Shown here piece after piece: positions 59,372 through 64,000 of a stretch of 64,000 nt of DNA (the stretch's first letter is position 1; each line of letters starts with the position of its first letter). The position numbers were made by a program, and so were the translations under genes. The notes under the pieces are model-generated. The model saw only the letters and a program-made list of their open reading frames with translations. It had not been told where the DNA came from and made no database searches. This DNA comes from Escherichia coli (lineage in GTDB: Bacteria; Pseudomonadota; Gammaproteobacteria; Enterobacterales; Enterobacteriaceae), in assembly GCF_030013205.1 (NCBI RefSeq), contig NZ_CP122648.1; one strand, 5' to 3'.

Positions 59372-62300
59372 TTACTCGTCTTCCAGTTCGATGTTGATAC
59401 CCAGCGAACGAATCTCTTTCAACAATACGTTGAAGGATTCTGGCATGCCCGGCTCCATCTGATGGTTGCCGTCCACGATGTTTTTATACATCTTAGTACG
59501 ACCGTTCACGTCATCAGACTTAACGGTGAGCATTTCCTGCAGGGTGTATGCTGCGCCGTATGCTTCCAGCGCCCACACTTCCATCTCCCCGAAACGCTGA
59601 CCACCGAACTGTGCCTTACCACCCAGCGGCTGCTGAGTAACCAGGCTGTAAGAACCGGTGGAACGCGCGTGCATCTTGTCGTCGACCAGGTGGTTCAGTT
59701 TCAGCATGTACATGTAACCAACGGTTACCGGACGTTCGAACTGTTCACCAGTGCGACCGTCGTACAGGCGGATCTGACCAGAAGTCGGCAGGTCGCCAAG
59801 TTTCAGCAGCTCTTTAATTTCTGCTTCTTTCGCACCGTCGAACACTGGCGTTGCGATTGGCATACCTTTGCGCAGGTTTTCAGCCAGACGCATAACTTCT
59901 TCATCGCTGAAGGTACTCAGGTCAACTTTCTGACGAACGTCAGCGCCCAGATCGTACGCACGCTGGATGAATTCGCGCAGTTTCGCGACTTCTTGCTGCT
60001 GTTTCAGCATGGCGTTGATCTTGTCGCCGATACCTTTCGCAGCCATACCCAGGTGGGTTTCGAGGATCTGACCGATGTTCATACGAGACGGTACGCCCAG
60101 CGGGTTCAGTACGATGTCTACCGGCGTACCGTTTTCATCGTAAGGCATATCTTCGATCGGGTTGATCTTAGAAATTACACCCTTGTTACCGTGACGACCT
60201 GCCATCTTGTCACCAGGCTGGATACGGCGTTTAACCGCCAGATATACTTTAACAATCTTCAGCACGCCCGGTGCCAGATCGTCGCCCTGGGTGATTTTGC
60301 GGCGTTTCGCTTCGAGTTTCTTCTCGAACTCGTGTTTCAGTTCGTCATACTGCTCAGCCAGCTGTTCCAGCTGATTTTGTTTCTCTTCGTCGGTCAGGCC
60401 CAGCTCCAGCCAGCGATCGCGCGGCAGTTTGTCGAGCTTCTCAGCTTCAACGCCACCGGCTACCAGCACAGCACGGATACGGCTGAACAGACCCGCTTCG
60501 AGGATCTGCAGTTCTTCAGACAGGTCTTTCTTCGCCTGTTTGAGCTGCATTTCTTCGATTTCCAGCGCGCGTTTGTCTTTTTCTACGCCATCGCGAGTAA
60601 AGACCTGAACGTCGATAACCGTACCGGATACACCGTTTGGTACGCGCAGAGAAGAGTCTTTAACGTCAGACGCTTTCTCACCGAAGATCGCACGCAGCAG
60701 TTTTTCTTCTGGGGTCAGCTGGGTTTCACCTTTCGGCGTTACCTTACCAACCAGAATGTCGCCACCGGTTACTTCCGCACCAATGTAAACGATACCGGAT
60801 TCATCCAGTTTGGAGAGCGCAGCTTCACCCACGTTCGGGATGTCAGCGGTGATCTCTTCTGGCCCCAGCTTGGTGTCACGGGACACACACGCCAGTTCCT
60901 GAATGTGGATGGTGGTGAAACGGTCTTCCTGAACAACACGCTCGGATACGAGGATGGAGTCTTCGAAGTTGTAACCATTCCACGGCATGAACGCTACGCG
61001 CATGTTCTGACCAAGCGCCAGTTCACCGAGGTCGGTGGACGGACCGTCTGCCAGCACGTCGCCACGTTCAACCGGTTCACCCAGAGACACACACGGCATC
61101 TGGTTGATACAGGTGTTCTGGTTAGAACGGGTGTATTTGGTCAGGTTGTAGATATCGATACCTGCTTCACCCGGATACATCTCGTCTTCGTTAACTTTGA
61201 TAACGATACGGGAAGCATCCACGTACTGAACGACACCACCACGTTTAGCAACCGCAGTTACACCGGAGTCAACGGCAACAGCACGTTCCATACCCGTACC
61301 AACCAGCGGCTTATCAGCACGCAGAGTCGGAACGGCCTGACGTTGCATGTTCGCACCCATCAATGCACGGTTGGCGTCATCGTGTTCCAGGAACGGGATC
61401 AGGGACGCACCGACGGATACCACCTGCTGGGTGGATACGTCCATGTAGTCAACCTGGTCACGGCTGAACAAGCTGGATTCGCCTTTGCTACGGCAGGTTA
61501 CCAGGTCTTCTACGAAGTGGCCTTCTTCATCCAGGTTGGAGTTCGCCTGGGCGATAACGTAGTTGCCTTCTTCGATAGCAGACAGGTAGTGAATTTCGTC
61601 AGTTACAACACCGTCGGTCACTTTACGATACGGAGTCTCAAGGAAGCCGTATTCGTTAGTCTGCGCGTATACAGACAGAGAGTTGATCAGACCGATGTTC
61701 GGACCTTCAGGGGTTTCGATTGGACATACGCGACCGTAGTGAGTCGGGTGTACGTCTCGAACTTCGAAGCCTGCACGTTCACGGGTCAGACCACCTGGGC
61801 CGAGTGCTGAGATACGACGTTTGTGCGTAATCTCAGACAGCGGGTTGTTCTGGTCCATAAACTGAGACAGCTGGCTGGAACCGAAGAACTCTTTCACTGC
61901 TGCAGAAATCGGCTTGGCGTTGATCATATCCTGAGGCATCAGGGTATCCAGATCACCCAGAGACAGACGCTCTTTCACCGCACGCTCTACACGTACCAGG
62001 CCAACGCGGAACTGGTTTTCCGCCATTTCGCCAACGGAACGGATACGACGGTTGCCGAGGTGGTCGATATCATCGACTTCGCCTTTACCGTTACGGATAT
62101 CGATGAGCTTTTTCATAACATCAATGATGTCGTCTTTGCTCAGGATACCGGAACCTTCGATTTCTTCGCGCAGCAGAGAACGGTTGAACTTCATACGACC
62201 AACCGCAGACAGGTCATAGCGGTCTTCGGAGAAGAACAGGTTCTCAAACAGGCTTTCCGCTGCTTCACGAGTCGGCGGCTCGCCAGGGCGCATCATGCGG

Positions 62301-63400
62301 TAGATTTCTACCAGTGCGCTCAGACGGTCGTTAGTTGGGTCGACACGTAAGGTTTCAGAGATATATGGGCCGTGATCCAGATCGTTGGTGAACAGCGTTT
62401 CGATACGCTTGTGACCAGACTGGCTCAGCTTAGCCAGCAGATCCAGGCTCAGCTCCATGTTCGCAGCACAGATCAGCTCGCCGGTAGACTCATCAATATA
62501 GTCTTTAGCAACCACTTTACCTGCGATGTACTCAACCGGGACTTCGATCAGTTTGACGTCGTCTTTTTCCAGCTGGCGAATGTGGCGCGCAGTGATACGG
62601 CGGCCTTTTTCTACGTACACTTTACCGTTAGCTTCGATGTCAAAAGATGCGGTTTCACCACGCAGGCGTTCCGGCACCAGTTCCATCTGCAGCTTGTTAT
62701 CACGGATTTCAAAGATAACTTTTTCAAAGAACAGGTCGAGGATCTGCTCTGTGGTGTAGTTCAGGGCGCGCAGAATGATGGTCGCAGGCAGTTTACGGCG
62801 ACGGTCGATACGTACGAACAGGTTGTCCTTCGGATCGAATTCGAAGTCCAGCCAGGAACCACGGTAAGGGATGATGCGCGCGTTATACAGCACTTTACCC
62901 GAAGAGTGGGTTTTACCTTTGTCGGAGTCAAAGAAGACGCCCGGACTACGGTGCAGCTGGGAAACGATAACACGCTCAGTACCGTTGATAACAAAGGTAC
63001 CGTTGTCTGTCATGAGCGGAATTTCGCCCATGTAGACTTCTTGTTCTTTAATGTCTTTTACGGTGCCTTCCGGCGCTTCGCGCTCATAGATCACCAGACG
63101 CAGTTTAACGCGCAGCGGTGCGGAATAGGTCACGCCACGGATTTGACATTCCTGGACGTCAAACACCGGTTCGCCAAGGCGGTAGCTGACGTATTGCAGC
63201 TCGGAATTACCGCTGTAGCTCTGAATCGGGAATACGGAACGGAAAGCAGCTTCCAGACCATACTGCCCTTCAGGATCTTGCTCGATAAATTTCTGAAACG
63301 AGTCAAGCTGGATAGAAAGGAGATAAGGTACATCCAGAACTTGTGGACGTTTACCAAAATCCTTACGAATACGTTTTTTCTCGGTATAGGAGTAAACCAT
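59372..63400 (-). CDS. rpoB: RNA polymerase beta subunit
   Basis: ORF 59372-63433; start at [20 protein letters not shown]; 1342 aa; rifampicin cluster I region reads wild-type. Confidence 0.97.
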
Positions 63401-63433
63401 AGGGTTCCTCAGCTCGCTGACAAGTCGACCCAT

Positions 63434-63719
63434 CTGTCCATTGAGCGGACAGTTTGTGCAACACTATTTTGTTGACCGGAAAATGGAACACTTTCCGCAA
63501 TGCCTGTTGCTATCACGCTTAAACCATTTCATTGCGATTTACACAGAACGGACGTCCTGTCGCAGTATATTAAGTCGTCGATAGAAACAAGCATTGAAAG
63601 GCACAGCAGTAGTCAAACAGTGTGAAACGCTACTGGCGCCTTACAGCGCAAAAAGGCTGGTGACTAAAAAGTCACCAGCCATCAGCCTGATTTCTCAGGC
63701 TGCAACCGGAAGGGTTGGC
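63434..63719 (-). promoter_or_regulatory. rplL-rpoB intergenic leader (attenuator / RNase III processing region)
   Basis: About 290 bp structured spacer between the rplL stop and rpoB start, as in the rplKAJL-rpoBC operon. Confidence 0.5.

Positions 63720-64000
<281 letters not shown>

Noticed and set aside
59162-61810. Very long antisense ORFs inside essential genes (882 aa opposite rpoB; 424 and 513 aa opposite rpoC; 532 aa opposite purH; 388 aa opposite purD; 256 aa opposite thiC)
   Set aside because: They lie entirely within, and antisense to, highly conserved and confidently identified genes, have no ribosome-binding sites, and give low-complexity Arg/Val/Phe-rich translations; long stop-free antisense frames are a known consequence of codon bias in such genes
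60000-62000. Rifampicin-resistance mutation in rpoB cluster I
   Set aside because: The translated region reads [32 protein letters not shown], which is the wild-type sequence at the usual positions (Asp516, His526, Ser531)

Overview
This window reads as a contiguous stretch of Escherichia coli / Shigella chromosome (the K-12 map region around 90-91 min, in reverse orientation relative to the K-12 reference as I recall it). I did not find a convincing previously undescribed system; almost everything is explained by well-known core genes. Gene order runs from yjbH-yjbGFE, pgi, lysC (with lysine riboswitch), yjbD and rluF, through a ~7 kb accessory L-sorbose PTS operon (sorC, sorD, sorFBAM, sorE), then pepE, yjbB, metH, iclR, arpA, aceKAB, metA, yjaB, a complete rrnE-type rRNA operon (16S, tRNA-Glu, 23S, 5S), purHD, zraRS/zraP, yjaH, hupA, yjaG, nfi, hemE, nudC, rsd, thiCEFSGH (with TPP riboswitch), rpoC, rpoB and the 3' end of rplL. 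The most notable features are: (1) a complete 768-bp IS1 with perfect 9-bp target-site duplications inserted in-frame-restorably into sorD, probably inactivating or polarising the sorbose operon; (2) the sorbose island itself, which K-12 lacks; (3) apparent absence of yjaA (and possibly yjaZ/htrC) where K-12 carries them, while arpA is present; (4) AT-rich, repeat-structured arpA; (5) a few unexplained palindromes in regulatory regions. All identifications are by reading the supplied translations and sequence against remembered family signatures; no database search was run.
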